DNA of 64,000 nt from positions 5,007-69,006 of IMG/VR virus record IMGVR_UViG_3300043409_000868. One strand, 5' to 3'. The position numbers and the translations under genes are program-made. Each line of letters opens with the position of its first letter. Within the stretch, counting starts at the first letter, position 1. Origin of the DNA: a virus. The notes below the pieces were generated by a model that worked only from the letters and a program-made list of their open reading frames with translations, was not told the DNA's origin and ran no database searches. Below, in pieces: positions 29,047 to 38,553 of this stretch.

Positions 29047-29298
29047 ATGACTGATTCAGGTATCCGTATTGCGCTTTGGGAAGTCAACAGTGAGAATCCC
29101 AACAGCCCTAAGTTCAATGGTATTGTTACTATTGATGGTAAGGAGCACAAGGTATCCCTTTGGGATAATTCGGCAGCTACGCACCCTAAAGCCCCAAGGC
29201 TTAAGGGAAAGACGAGCCGACCAAGTCCAAAGGTTGAAGAAGAGTCCATGATTACTGAGATTATCTGTGTCCCTATGGGCACGAATCTCCCCTTCTAA
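29047..29298 (+). CDS. Small DUF736-like putative ssDNA-binding protein
   Basis: N..SPKFNG.VTIDGKEHKVSLW pattern and C-terminal LPF. Confidence 0.5.
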   Translation: MTDSGIRIALWEVNSENPNSPKFNGIVTIDGKEHKVSLWDNSAATHPKAPRLKGKTSRPSPKVEEESMITEIICVPMGTNLPF

Positions 29299-29302
29299 TC
29301 AG

Positions 29303-29336
29303 GGGGTACTTAGGGAAACCTAAGTACCCCTTTTTT
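29303..29336 (+). terminator. Rho-independent terminator
   Basis: GGGGTACTTAGG-GAAA-CCTAAGTACCCC followed by T6. Confidence 0.9.
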
Positions 29337-29339
29337 CCG

Positions 29340-29458
29340 AATACCCTAGTATATAGCTAGGGTTTAACCTTAGGTTTATCACCTAAGAATAACCTAAGAT
29401 ACTTAGGTTATATAGTATTATTATTATAGTATTATATCACCTAAGTATTAACCTAAGA
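29340..29458. repeat. ACCTAAG short-repeat, AT-rich cluster (candidate origin)
   Basis: ACCTAAG x4 plus inverted CTTAGGT copies around TATAGTATTATTATTATAGTATTATAT. Confidence 0.55.
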
Positions 29459-29465
29459 GGGATAT

Positions 29466-29864
29466 ATGTCACACGAAATTGTTGAAGAAGTTGCTAAAAG
29501 GTTAGATGCTAAGGTTCTTATAAGATTTGAAGACAGCAATGGTTACCAAGGTGTAATCTATTATGTCTTAAGTAAGAGTAATACTTACTCTATTGTATCT
29601 GTTCACTACGGGACCTGTGCTCTTTGTGATTTTCAACTTGGTTTGATTGAAGAATACCGAGAAATGTGGCCTGATGTTAATAATGAGATTCCCCTTAGTG
29701 CTTTCGAGCCTATGATTCAATCTCTTTTTAAAGATGTTGAAGAGTTTGGATTCCATTCAGTTGAAGACCTTATCACTAAATTTGATATGATCTTTGGTGT
29801 TGGCTACAGTGAAGAACTTGTTCGTGAAGAAGTACTTAAGTATCTTCTTCGTAATTGTCTATAG
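29466..29864 (+). CDS. Hypothetical protein
   Basis: ORF with a GAGGG SD. Confidence 0.7.
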   Translation: MSHEIVEEVAKRLDAKVLIRFEDSNGYQGVIYYVLSKSNTYSIVSVHYGTCALCDFQLGLIEEYREMWPDVNNEIPLSAFEPMIQSLFKDVEEFGFHSVEDLITKFDMIFGVGYSEELVREEVLKYLLRNCL

Positions 29865-29874
29865 GAGAATAATT

Positions 29875-30240
29875 ATGGGTCTTGATACTTATGCTGTATA
29901 CTCTAGTAAACATCCTAATTATACTCAGGATGGGGATAACTCCATACCTGACACATTGTTCCCCGATAACAACCTGTGTGGTGGGATGTTTAGTGGAATG
30001 GGTGCCTCATTTCGAGGCAAACGTTACAATGACTATGTAGAATGGGCAACTGGGGTTTCCCTTTATGATCGTTTAATTGATTCAGAAGTTGTCCAAGATA
30101 TGTATATCTCACTAAAGAATGCTGACTTTAGGCAGTATCGTGGTGATAATTGGGGTATTACTAAAGAAGAAACAAAACAACTAACGGAATGGTTCCGTGT
30201 AGTTAGTGAAGAAAATGGCTCTATTGCAGGATGGTGGTAA
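29875..30240 (+). CDS. Hypothetical protein (MGLD... family)
   Basis: AGGAG SD, MGLDTY start and WW end typical of phage early proteins. Confidence 0.7.
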   Translation: MGLDTYAVYSSKHPNYTQDGDNSIPDTLFPDNNLCGGMFSGMGASFRGKRYNDYVEWATGVSLYDRLIDSEVVQDMYISLKNADFRQYRGDNWGITKEETKQLTEWFRVVSEENGSIAGWW

Positions 30241-30241
30241 C

Positions 30242-30613
30242 ATGTATACAGTTGATATGTCTATTGTTAATAAGAAGGTTCAACAGCGTGTAGAGAAGAT
30301 CCAAACTGTAGCTAACGCTAAGAAGATTCCTTTGATTGCTGCTGCTATGTGGGTAGACCAGAATGGTCCCGAGAGCACCAATAAGAAGATGTTGGCTGAG
30401 ATTGGTATGAACTTTGATGAGGTTACATTGGATAACTACAAGGATGTTCTTGTTGGTCTTGAGTGTATCAATGTCAAGGTTGTATGGCAAGAGAATCATC
30501 CTCTTACCCGTGTTGTTGAGCAACTCAATGAAGTAATTAATGAAACAATTACTGAGTGTTGGGGTGGCGAAGACATGCAAGAGTTTATTGAACTTACTCC
30601 TATCTTCGAGTGA
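30242..30613 (+). CDS. Hypothetical protein
   Basis: ORF coupled to the previous gene. Confidence 0.65.
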   Translation: MYTVDMSIVNKKVQQRVEKIQTVANAKKIPLIAAAMWVDQNGPESTNKKMLAEIGMNFDEVTLDNYKDVLVGLECINVKVVWQENHPLTRVVEQLNEVINETITECWGGEDMQEFIELTPIFE

Positions 30614-30637
30614 AGGTACACAAAATACGGATAATCT

Positions 30638-30895
30638 ATGTCTGAATCAAAATCTTTAGTCGCATTCAGTGGCTATCACGCTAAGATTAATCCAACCCTT
30701 AGCGTTAACTTTAATAGTTCTTATCGCAGTGAAGATAAGCATAACTATAAGTGTACATATGAGGTTGTTGTTGATGGTAATGCTGCTTGGCTTACCATTG
30801 AAGAAATTTATTCTCTTGTAAATCATTTACAAAAGATTCTTTCTATTTCTAATCAAATCCCACACATTGGTAATGTAAATGTTTACCCTTCCTGA
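30638..30895 (+). CDS. Hypothetical protein
   Basis: ORF within the operon. Confidence 0.55.
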   Translation: MSESKSLVAFSGYHAKINPTLSVNFNSSYRSEDKHNYKCTYEVVVDGNAAWLTIEEIYSLVNHLQKILSISNQIPHIGNVNVYPS

Positions 30896-30954
30896 TGATG
30901 AGTTTAATTGGTTGTTCTCTTATAACACGGATGGTGGACGAGTAGTCCATCAAG

Positions 30955-31155
30955 ATGATGAGGAACGAGATGAATATGGAAATCAACCGTCTGAAGTCGA
31001 GACTGATCCTCAATACGGATGCCTCGACCGCTGGTCGAATTAATGAGTTGTTTGAGCGAGGAATCATAGCTGATTTCTCTGAAGATGGATGGGTACTTTA
31101 CCATAAAGAGTGGTATCCATTCAACACTTTCCTTGAAAGGATTAAGTATGTCTAG
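30955..31155 (+). CDS. Hypothetical protein
   Basis: ORF overlapping the next start. Confidence 0.55.
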   Translation: MMRNEMNMEINRLKSRLILNTDASTAGRINELFERGIIADFSEDGWVLYHKEWYPFNTFLERIKYV

Positions 31156-32110
31156 TGTGTTTAATTTTGTTGGTGCTACAGTCGAGGGTCTTTCTCTCGA
31201 AAAGGCAACCAGTCTAGCTGAGATGAATTGGAGCGTAAGTAAGCGTCCTATTTATGTCTCAGATATTTCTGAAGGAAAGAATAGCAATGAACTATTCTCT
31301 ACGAGTAAGTTCTTTGCTACTACTAGGGATGATACAAATCAAATCCTTGGTATCGTTGGACCTGATTATCAGGTTGTTCAAAACAGCGAGCTTGCCTATA
31401 TGTGTGAGCGTCTTCAGGGATCTGATGTAAAGATTGAGACTGCTGGTATCCTTGATAACGGTCGCCGAGTCTTTATTCAGATGCGTGGAAATCCATTTGA
31501 TGTTGGTCCTAAGCACGATACCAACATCCCTTATACCTTGTTCACTAATGGACATGATGGACAATGGCCCCTTAGTTCGTTGCCTACTTCTTATCGAGTG
31601 ATCTGTCAGAATACTCTGAACATGGCACTACAGAATGGTAGCAAGACTAATATGATTATCAGTATCCGACATACTGGTAACATGCAAGATCGTCTTGAGT
31701 CTATGTTCCAATCAATTCAGAATTGGAAGGATCGTACTGTTACTTTCCAGAATCAAGTAGAACTACTTGCTCGTAAGGAAGTTAATACCGAGCTTGTCCA
31801 AAGCTTCTGGACTAATCTCTATGTAAATTTGTTTGGAGATATCCATGAAAATCCTACTACAGAGGAACATTTGGACAATAACAAATCCGCAATGTCAACA
31901 ATGACTACGTGGAGTAATACATTTGACTCCGAGGTTAAGTTGAGTGGTGCTAACATGTGGACTGCAGCTAATGCAGTTACTTCATGGTTGGATCACAACC
32001 AAATCTATCGTGGTGTAAAGAAGAATGAAAACAGGTTCAATGATACGCTCTTTGGCACTGGTGCCAAGGAGAAGGTTCGTACTATGAACTATGCTCTGAC
32101 TGCTATCTAA
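31148..32110 (+). CDS. DUF932 / LGT_TIGR03299-family protein
   Basis: LGIVGPDYQVVQN, IETAGILDNGRRVF, TNGHDG, RVICQNTL, IRHT motifs. Confidence 0.85.
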   Translation: MSSVFNFVGATVEGLSLEKATSLAEMNWSVSKRPIYVSDISEGKNSNELFSTSKFFATTRDDTNQILGIVGPDYQVVQNSELAYMCERLQGSDVKIETAGILDNGRRVFIQMRGNPFDVGPKHDTNIPYTLFTNGHDGQWPLSSLPTSYRVICQNTLNMALQNGSKTNMIISIRHTGNMQDRLESMFQSIQNWKDRTVTFQNQVELLARKEVNTELVQSFWTNLYVNLFGDIHENPTTEEHLDNNKSAMSTMTTWSNTFDSEVKLSGANMWTAANAVTSWLDHNQIYRGVKKNENRFNDTLFGTGAKEKVRTMNYALTAI

Positions 32111-32114
32111 TTAT

Positions 32115-32153
32115 AGGGTAACCTAGGAAGTAATTCCTAGGTTACCCTTTTTT
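32115..32153 (+). terminator. Rho-independent terminator
   Basis: AGGGTAACCTAGGAA-GTAA-TTCCTAGGTTACCCT followed by a T-tract. Confidence 0.9.
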
Positions 32154-32228
32154 ATTTTACTATGAAAAAAATTATTGATGTTACTGTTCGTATAATTTTA
32201 TATGATCAACTCAATGTTATAGATACAT

Positions 32229-32708
32229 ATGAGGAAAGGAAGTGTACTGTCCTTGAAGATTCACCTAATTGTTTATCGATTACAGAATGTAATAGATCCT
32301 TTGTCAACCATGTATCAACGAGTCTTCTCAACATGGAACCACTGTGCGATACAAGTTGATGATATTGTCATACATTTCTATGATGATTTACCTTTACCTA
32401 GGTGGACAGAACTAAATGTAGATGTTAAACTTCCACATTGTAGAACATCTATAGATCTTGGTGAAACTACTAAGACTTGGCAGGAGATACGAGAGTTCAC
32501 AAATAATCTACCTAACATGCGTACTATAGATTATATAGTTAGATATCTCTCTCCCCTAACTCTTTTTAAATTTCCAAAAAAACATAATGATTGTATACAC
32601 AAATGCAGTCAAACCTTACAATTTATGTTTGGGTGTGATATAATAACATCTACCCCAGATAAACTCCTAGAATACATGAAAGAATTTAATGATAAAAGTA
32701 GGCACTAA
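32229..32708 (+). CDS. Hypothetical protein (start uncertain)
   Basis: ORF between the terminator and thyX. Confidence 0.5.
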   Translation: MRKGSVLSLKIHLIVYRLQNVIDPLSTMYQRVFSTWNHCAIQVDDIVIHFYDDLPLPRWTELNVDVKLPHCRTSIDLGETTKTWQEIREFTNNLPNMRTIDYIVRYLSPLTLFKFPKKHNDCIHKCSQTLQFMFGCDIITSTPDKLLEYMKEFNDKSRH

Positions 32709-33414
32709 AGGATTTGTAACTTTAATTGAGACTCTTGGTTCTGATTTAACTATTGTTAATGCAGCTAGGGTTTCATTTAATAAAATTAGTAAGTGGGATG
32801 AAGATGCATCCCTTGTAGACAATAATGGATTGCTTGATGTTACGTATAAATTAAATGATAAAGATAAACATCTTATTCATTACTTGGCAAAGCATGATCA
32901 CTGGACTCCCTTTGCACATCCTCAGATTTGTTTACATATTAAGGCACCTATCTCTATTCGTACACAATTCTTTAAGCATAAGGTAGGATTTGTAGAAAAT
33001 GAATTGTCTCGTCGTTATGTTGATGAAGAACCAGAATTCTTCTATCCTGAGTGGTCATCTAGACCTACAGGATCTATGAAGCAGGGTGCTGGTGACAACC
33101 TAGATAATAATGATTCAAATCGTGCTGTATATTTCTATGATTATGCAGTTAAAGCTGCTAAGTCAGCCTATGATGATCTTATTAAGCTTGGCGTAGCCCC
33201 AGAACAAGCAAGATTTGTTCTACCTCAAGGTACTTATACCGAATGGTATTGGACTGGTAGTCTTGCTGCTTATGCAAGGTTTTATAAACAACGATCTAAC
33301 TCTCACGCTCAAGCAGAAATTAGAGACTATGCAGATGTAATTAGTACAATTATTAAGCCTTTGTTTCCCATTAGTTGGAATGCGCTTACTAATACTTTTG
33401 TAACTCCTCAGTAA
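32689..33414 (+). CDS. thyX: Flavin-dependent thymidylate synthase
   Basis: IVNAARVSF, HWTPF, KHK..ENELSRRY, PEQARFVLP, HAQAEIR. Confidence 0.95.
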   Translation: MIKVGTKGFVTLIETLGSDLTIVNAARVSFNKISKWDEDASLVDNNGLLDVTYKLNDKDKHLIHYLAKHDHWTPFAHPQICLHIKAPISIRTQFFKHKVGFVENELSRRYVDEEPEFFYPEWSSRPTGSMKQGAGDNLDNNDSNRAVYFYDYAVKAAKSAYDDLIKLGVAPEQARFVLPQGTYTEWYWTGSLAAYARFYKQRSNSHAQAEIRDYADVISTIIKPLFPISWNALTNTFVTPQ

Positions 33415-33446
33415 CCACGCTTGTAGCTATGCTACACTCAAAAAAT

Positions 33447-33470
33447 TATCGTCCCCTTCGGGGACCATTG
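33447..33470 (+). promoter_or_regulatory. Candidate phage promoter, hairpin motif copy 3 (directly upstream of the main RNAP)
   Basis: TATCGTCCCC-TTC-GGGGACCATTG. Confidence 0.7.
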
Positions 33471-33487
33471 TGACACAAAGGAGAACA

Positions 33488-35923
33488 ATGCTAGAATCTT
33501 GGCATAAATTAAGTGTGGAAGAAAAGTCTCGTAGAACAACAATGCAAAAGATCTACGAGGAAGAGTTGCTTGAAAATGGTGTTGAAAAATATTGGAAAGA
33601 GTATGGTAGGTCACCTGATGAAGGTAAGCCAGAACAACTGCTACTTGAATCAGCTGTAATACATCTCACTCCTTATTACCAAAAATGGATTGATGAATGT
33701 TGTAGTAATCGTAAGTCACCTGATTGGCTAGCACCTTTACTTAGTATTGGTGCAGCTAAGATGGCAGATATTACTCTTCGATCAATGATGAGATTGTTTC
33801 TAACAAGAAATACAATCCAAAGTTTTGATGATACAATGGGTATCCCAGCTAATGCTCCTGTTGCTCAACAAGTAGCAAAGCTTATCTCTGAGGATGTTGT
33901 ATCTATTGTTGCTTATCAACAAGCAAAGAAACGATTCTCTGAAGATTGGCGTAAGCAATCTAAGTTCATTAAGAACTGGACTGTTAAGCGGTGCAAAGCA
34001 TTTACATCTAAAGTTGCTAAGATCCCTAAGCTAAGGCCTAAGGAGAAAGAAGACTTTGGTCACAACATGCTTAGAGTTGCCCTCTCTAGTGATATCCTCA
34101 CTAGTAGGATTCATTGGAATGGTAAAAATAAAAAGTCATTACTAGTATCTTTCTCTCCTTGGATCTTATGTGAAATCCAAAAGAGACATGAGCTACTAGA
34201 GACAGCTTGCCTTGTTTACAGGCCAATGATCTCACCACCCATCCCACATACAACTAAAGAAGATGGTGGGTTTCTCAGCCCCTGGGTGCGTAAGAAGATG
34301 ATCAAGAGATATCATCCTGTTGGAGCAGATCCAAAGGAGTGGGACTCAAGACCATCCCCTATGGTTCTTAAAGGTCTTAATGCTTTAATGGAAACAGAGT
34401 GGTCAGTTAACACTCAAGTCTACCAAGTCATGAAGACTATGTTTGAGAATGATTATAAGGCTGCTAACATTCCTGCATACACATTCAGAGACTATGCTTT
34501 CTCTAGGGAGTATCCCATTGATGGGACCAAAGAAGAGAAAGCTAAGTGGATGCAAGAATCTAATGAAGCATGGGGCGAGTGGTATAAGGAAGAACAATCA
34601 CGATCTAGAATGATCGTTAGATTAGAGTTGGCAAGAAAGATGATTCAATGGAACTTCTTTTATATGCCATACACCCTTGACTTTAGAGGACGTACCTATT
34701 CGGTATGTGAACTTCTATCTCCTCAAGGTATTGACTTTGATCGAGGACTTGTTCACTTTGGAATGCCACGTAAACAAACTAAAGAAGGTTTGTATTGGTT
34801 GTATGTCCATGTAGCAAATCTATTTGATCAAGACAAGAAACCATTTGACCACCGTGTTAAATGGGTTAAAGATAATATGGATCTCTTCCTCCGTATTGCT
34901 GATGATCCATATGCTAATAAAGAATGGATTGATCCAAGTAAGAAGAAGAATAAATCATTTCAAAGATTGGCTGCTATCTTTGAGGTATGCAGGACAGATG
35001 GACTAACACAACTCCCTGTTCAAATGGATGGTGCAAATAATGGTGGTCAACATTGGGCTGCTATTATGCGTAATAAGAAACTTGGTATCCTAACTAATCT
35101 TATTAAAACAGAAAAGCCACAAGATCTCTATCAGTATGTAGCTGATGCTGCTACTGAGTTTATGAAAGAGAATCCAACTAATAGATGGTATCCTGCATTT
35201 CTAGAGTATTGGGATAATAGACTTCCTCGTAGTGTAACTAAGCGTTCTACTATGTGTGATGCTTATGGTCTTACATTCTATGGTATGCAGAAATATGTCA
35301 AGCAAGAGGGTCATGTAGATTGGGTAAGTAAAGAACAAAGAGGTGGAGCTGTAGTAGAACTAGCTCGCGCTATCCAAGTTGGCCTAGGTGAGACAATGCA
35401 ATCGCCTAACCTAGGCAAAGTTTGGCTACGAGAAGTAGCTACTATTCTTAACTCTTTAAACAAACCTTTTGTATGGACTACACCTAGTGGCTTTGAGGTA
35501 CATCATGTTTATAATCAAATACTTGAACGAGTCAGTTATGCTGAGTTGTTTAATCGTCAGCAACTTGTTTTCAGCACTGTTACGGAAGACCTTAATGGTA
35601 AAGCACAATATCTTGCAATTTCTCCAAACTATATCCATTCGCTAGATGCTGCTCATATGTTTATGACAATTTCTAGGATGTTAGATACAGGTATGAGTGC
35701 CTTTTCATTTGTCCATGATTCTTATGGAACATATGCACCTGACATTCCTGTCATGCATAAGCTATTGCGAGAAGAATTCATCAAGATTCATAAGGAGAAT
35801 CAACTTGAAAACCTCAAAAAAGAAATTGAAAAAAGATATGGAATCTATCTCCCCGAAGTCCCCACCCAAGAAGAAGGTTTTGACCTCCAAGAAGTCGTTG
35901 AATCAGAATACTTCTTCGCTTAA
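33488..35923 (+). CDS. T7-like single-subunit DNA-directed RNA polymerase
   Basis: DFRGR, motif A MDGANNGGQH, motif B RSVTKRSTMCDAYG, PNYIHSLDAAH, motif C VHDSY. AAGGAG SD before ATG 33488. Confidence 0.97.
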   Translation: MLESWHKLSVEEKSRRTTMQKIYEEELLENGVEKYWKEYGRSPDEGKPEQLLLESAVIHLTPYYQKWIDECCSNRKSPDWLAPLLSIGAAKMADITLRSMMRLFLTRNTIQSFDDTMGIPANAPVAQQVAKLISEDVVSIVAYQQAKKRFSEDWRKQSKFIKNWTVKRCKAFTSKVAKIPKLRPKEKEDFGHNMLRVALSSDILTSRIHWNGKNKKSLLVSFSPWILCEIQKRHELLETACLVYRPMISPPIPHTTKEDGGFLSPWVRKKMIKRYHPVGADPKEWDSRPSPMVLKGLNALMETEWSVNTQVYQVMKTMFENDYKAANIPAYTFRDYAFSREYPIDGTKEEKAKWMQESNEAWGEWYKEEQSRSRMIVRLELARKMIQWNFFYMPYTLDFRGRTYSVCELLSPQGIDFDRGLVHFGMPRKQTKEGLYWLYVHVANLFDQDKKPFDHRVKWVKDNMDLFLRIADDPYANKEWIDPSKKKNKSFQRLAAIFEVCRTDGLTQLPVQMDGANNGGQHWAAIMRNKKLGILTNLIKTEKPQDLYQYVADAATEFMKENPTNRWYPAFLEYWDNRLPRSVTKRSTMCDAYGLTFYGMQKYVKQEGHVDWVSKEQRGGAVVELARAIQVGLGETMQSPNLGKVWLREVATILNSLNKPFVWTTPSGFEVHHVYNQILERVSYAELFNRQQLVFSTVTEDLNGKAQYLAISPNYIHSLDAAHMFMTISRMLDTGMSAFSFVHDSYGTYAPDIPVMHKLLREEFIKIHKENQLENLKKEIEKRYGIYLPEVPTQEEGFDLQEVVESEYFFA

Positions 35924-36185
35924 GAATGTATCTTATCCAGCTAGTATTCCTCGTCTAGTCAAGGTAACTTGGGTAGACGCTATGACTGTTGGAGGAGCTG
36001 AGTGGTTAGGTAAGGAAGAAGCTAAGACTTCCGCTAAAGAACCATTACCAATGATGTTAACAGTAGGGTTTGTTCTACATAATGATGATGAACAAATCTC
36101 TTTAACTGCTACCATTGGACCATGTGAGACTGCTCAAGTAAATAAAATACCAAAGAGAATGATTATTAAAATTGAGGAAGTGTAA
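35838..36185 (+). CDS. Hypothetical phage protein (V.V.W.DA...TVGF family), start uncertain
   Basis: LVKVTWVDA, TVGF and IPKRMI pattern. Confidence 0.6.
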   Translation: MESISPKSPPKKKVLTSKKSLNQNTSSLKNVSYPASIPRLVKVTWVDAMTVGGAEWLGKEEAKTSAKEPLPMMLTVGFVLHNDDEQISLTATIGPCETAQVNKIPKRMIIKIEEV

Positions 36186-36322
36186 TGGCAGAGCAGAAAA
36201 ATATACGTAAGAAAGATATCCGTGAGTTTAATCCAGAGAAGTATAAAAGAGAACAGGATAAGAAACGAAGACAACTACAACGCCGAGAGGCTAGGAGTAA
36301 GAGTCATGAACCAAACATATGA
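36185..36322 (+). CDS. Small basic protein (45 aa)
   Basis: GAGGA SD, TAATG coupling, MAEQKNIRKKDIREF... Confidence 0.5.
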   Translation: MAEQKNIRKKDIREFNPEKYKREQDKKRRQLQRREARSKSHEPNI

Positions 36323-36491
36323 CAAATCGTCCCCTACGGGGACCGCTGTAGATCATTTAAATATCTACCAACAAATGCATTTACAAGGTACTTTTAATGT
36401 ATACGAACCTATTGAACAGATTAATGGAGATCCTTTGCCACCACTAGCTGTACAATGGAAGGAAGACGCAAAGCGTAGATGGGGTAGATAA
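36306..36491 (+). CDS. Hypothetical protein
   Basis: ORF coupled to the phosphoesterase. Confidence 0.45.
   Translation: MNQTYDKSSPTGTAVDHLNIYQQMHLQGTFNVYEPIEQINGDPLPPLAVQWKEDAKRRWGR
36325..36346 (+). promoter_or_regulatory. Candidate phage promoter, hairpin motif copy 4
   Basis: AATCGTCCCC-TAC-GGGGACCGC. Confidence 0.65.
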
Positions 36492-37144
36492 TGAAAACAT
36501 TAGTAATTGGTGACTTGCATTGTCCAGCAGACCATGAAGACTATTTTAAATTCTGTAAGGACATGCAGAAAAAATATAAAACAAACAATACTGTATTCAT
36601 TGGTGACATTATTGATCACGAATCAATCTCAGCACACGATAAGAATCCTTCATTGCCAGGAGCATTAGATGAGTTTCAACAAGCAGTAAGTCGTGTCCGT
36701 AGATGGTACGATGCATTTAAATATGCATCTGTATGCATTGGTAATCATGATGCCAGAGTACATAAGAAAGCAATAAAGAATGGCATTCCTGAAATTTATA
36801 TTAAGACTTATTCAGATATTTATAGCACTCCTAATTGGAAGTGGGATTATAATCATGACTATAGTGGTGTGTTTTATACTCATGGTGATGGTTGGGGTGG
36901 TCAGTATCCTGCTTTCAATGCTTCCAAGGCAAGACTTCAATCAGTAGTATGCGGACATCATCATAGTCTAGCTTCTATCAATTGGATTAAAGGCCCGACA
37001 ACCATGTATTTTGGTATGAATGTAGGCTGCGGTGTTGATCAAAGACACGCGGCCTTCGCATATTCAAAACCACATCTTAAGAGAGCCGTCCTTAGTTGTG
37101 GTATAGTAATCGACGGCGTTCAACCCTATTTGGAGATCATGTAA
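36491..37144 (+). CDS. Calcineurin-like metallophosphoesterase
   Basis: GDLH, GDIID, GNHD, THGD and GHHH motifs. Confidence 0.9.
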   Translation: MKTLVIGDLHCPADHEDYFKFCKDMQKKYKTNNTVFIGDIIDHESISAHDKNPSLPGALDEFQQAVSRVRRWYDAFKYASVCIGNHDARVHKKAIKNGIPEIYIKTYSDIYSTPNWKWDYNHDYSGVFYTHGDGWGGQYPAFNASKARLQSVVCGHHHSLASINWIKGPTTMYFGMNVGCGVDQRHAAFAYSKPHLKRAVLSCGIVIDGVQPYLEIM

Positions 37145-37323
37145 TGAGTGACAACCAAGAGAAACAAGTACCAGCTGTACCTACGGAAGCAGTTGTGGCT
37201 TATCTATCTGACCTATATCGGCAGCTAGATGCAATCAGTTTTAATATCCGTACAAACATTTCAAATATCCTACCCAAAGTAGAAGGAGAAGTAACTAATG
37301 CCAGTAGCGAACAACAAGTCTAA
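37144..37323 (+). CDS. Small hypothetical protein
   Basis: TAATG coupling. Confidence 0.55.
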   Translation: MSDNQEKQVPAVPTEAVVAYLSDLYRQLDAISFNIRTNISNILPKVEGEVTNASSEQQV

Positions 37324-37786
37324 ATACGCAAAATCTTTTGTGACAGGTAATGTAGTTGTCAAGTGGTCACACTTGATGGCACCAGATGATAAGTTCGGAA
37401 ACCCAAATCATTCCGTAACTGTTGAGCTTACACCTGAACTGCATAAGCAGATTCAATCATCTGTTAAAGAACTAGGTGGCAAGAAAATCAATGGCTTTAA
37501 GGATCAAGATGGACTTAAGACAATTAAGTTTAAGAATGTTCTTAAGGCTAAGGAAGGTGTTAAGGTATTCCCTGTGATCGGACCTGATACTAAACCATCA
37601 GAGACGATTCCCTTTGGTACTGATGTGGTTAGGGTTAAGGTAACCCCTGCTTTGATTAGTCGTGATGATTCTGTTTCATTCTATATGGAATCAATTCAAC
37701 TAATTGAACGTAACTATATTAGTACTGGGTCTGAGTTTACTGATGTAAGTAATACTCCTATCAGTAATAGTGATATCCCCTTCTAA
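37298..37786 (+). CDS. ssDNA-binding protein (T7 gp2.5-like)
   Basis: WSHL..PDDKF N-terminus, SIQLIE, acidic DIPF C-terminus. Confidence 0.8.
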   Translation: MPVANNKSKYAKSFVTGNVVVKWSHLMAPDDKFGNPNHSVTVELTPELHKQIQSSVKELGGKKINGFKDQDGLKTIKFKNVLKAKEGVKVFPVIGPDTKPSETIPFGTDVVRVKVTPALISRDDSVSFYMESIQLIERNYISTGSEFTDVSNTPISNSDIPF

Positions 37787-37796
37787 GGAGTAATGC

Positions 37797-38189
37797 ATGA
37801 TGGAGTATAAGTTCCCAATAAACCCAGTAGCTGCATCCCGACCAAGGATCAGTAAATTCGGCGCGTATTTTACGGGACCTTATAAGAAGTTTCGTTCAGC
37901 AGCGGCTATGGTTATTAACCAAGTCCTTGGGCGAAACTTCGCTCCATTGAGCAATAAACTTGCAGTTGATATTAGATGCTATGTTACAAGACCAAAGTCA
38001 ACTAAGTTAGAATATCCTAGAGCTGATGTAGATAACTACAGCAAAGGTATTTTAGATTCGTTGAATGGTAAATTGTGGGTAGATGATTCACAAATCTGGG
38101 CTTTGTTCATTTCAAAAGAATGGGCAGAACCTGGTGAAGCTGGATACTTTATTGTATCATTAGAGGAAATCAAAGTTGGACATCGCTAA
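37797..38189 (+). CDS. rusA: RusA-family Holliday junction resolvase
   Basis: PVAASRPR and DVDNYSKGILDSLNG..WVDDSQI. Confidence 0.9.
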   Translation: MMEYKFPINPVAASRPRISKFGAYFTGPYKKFRSAAAMVINQVLGRNFAPLSNKLAVDIRCYVTRPKSTKLEYPRADVDNYSKGILDSLNGKLWVDDSQIWALFISKEWAEPGEAGYFIVSLEEIKVGHR

Positions 38190-38547
38190 GTATCGTGATA
38201 TCGCATATAAGGAATTTCAAAACATCAATCAACACCGTAGCCACAATCATGTATCTTTAATTCTACAAGGAGGTAAGTTACATGGTATTGGAACTAACAA
38301 GAGGAAAACCCATCCGTTAGCCATGAAATATGGCTATCGGAGCTGTGAACTCCACAGTGAACTCGATGCCCTCATCCAAATTCCAAGATGGGATCGGAAT
38401 GATTTGCTTTTGATTAACTTTAGGTTTGGTCCAAAGGGAGATATGAAACTTTCCAAGCCTTGCGCTTTATGCCTACCTTGGTGTATACAAGCGTTTGATG
38501 AAATTTATTATTCAGTACCCGATGGACTTGTTCAGTTGGAGTATTAA
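38176..38547 (+). CDS. Zn-dependent cytidine/dCMP deaminase-fold protein
   Basis: HSE...SKPCALC motifs. Confidence 0.75.
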   Translation: MDIAKYRDIAYKEFQNINQHRSHNHVSLILQGGKLHGIGTNKRKTHPLAMKYGYRSCELHSELDALIQIPRWDRNDLLLINFRFGPKGDMKLSKPCALCLPWCIQAFDEIYYSVPDGLVQLEY

Positions 38548-38553
38548 GGTTAA

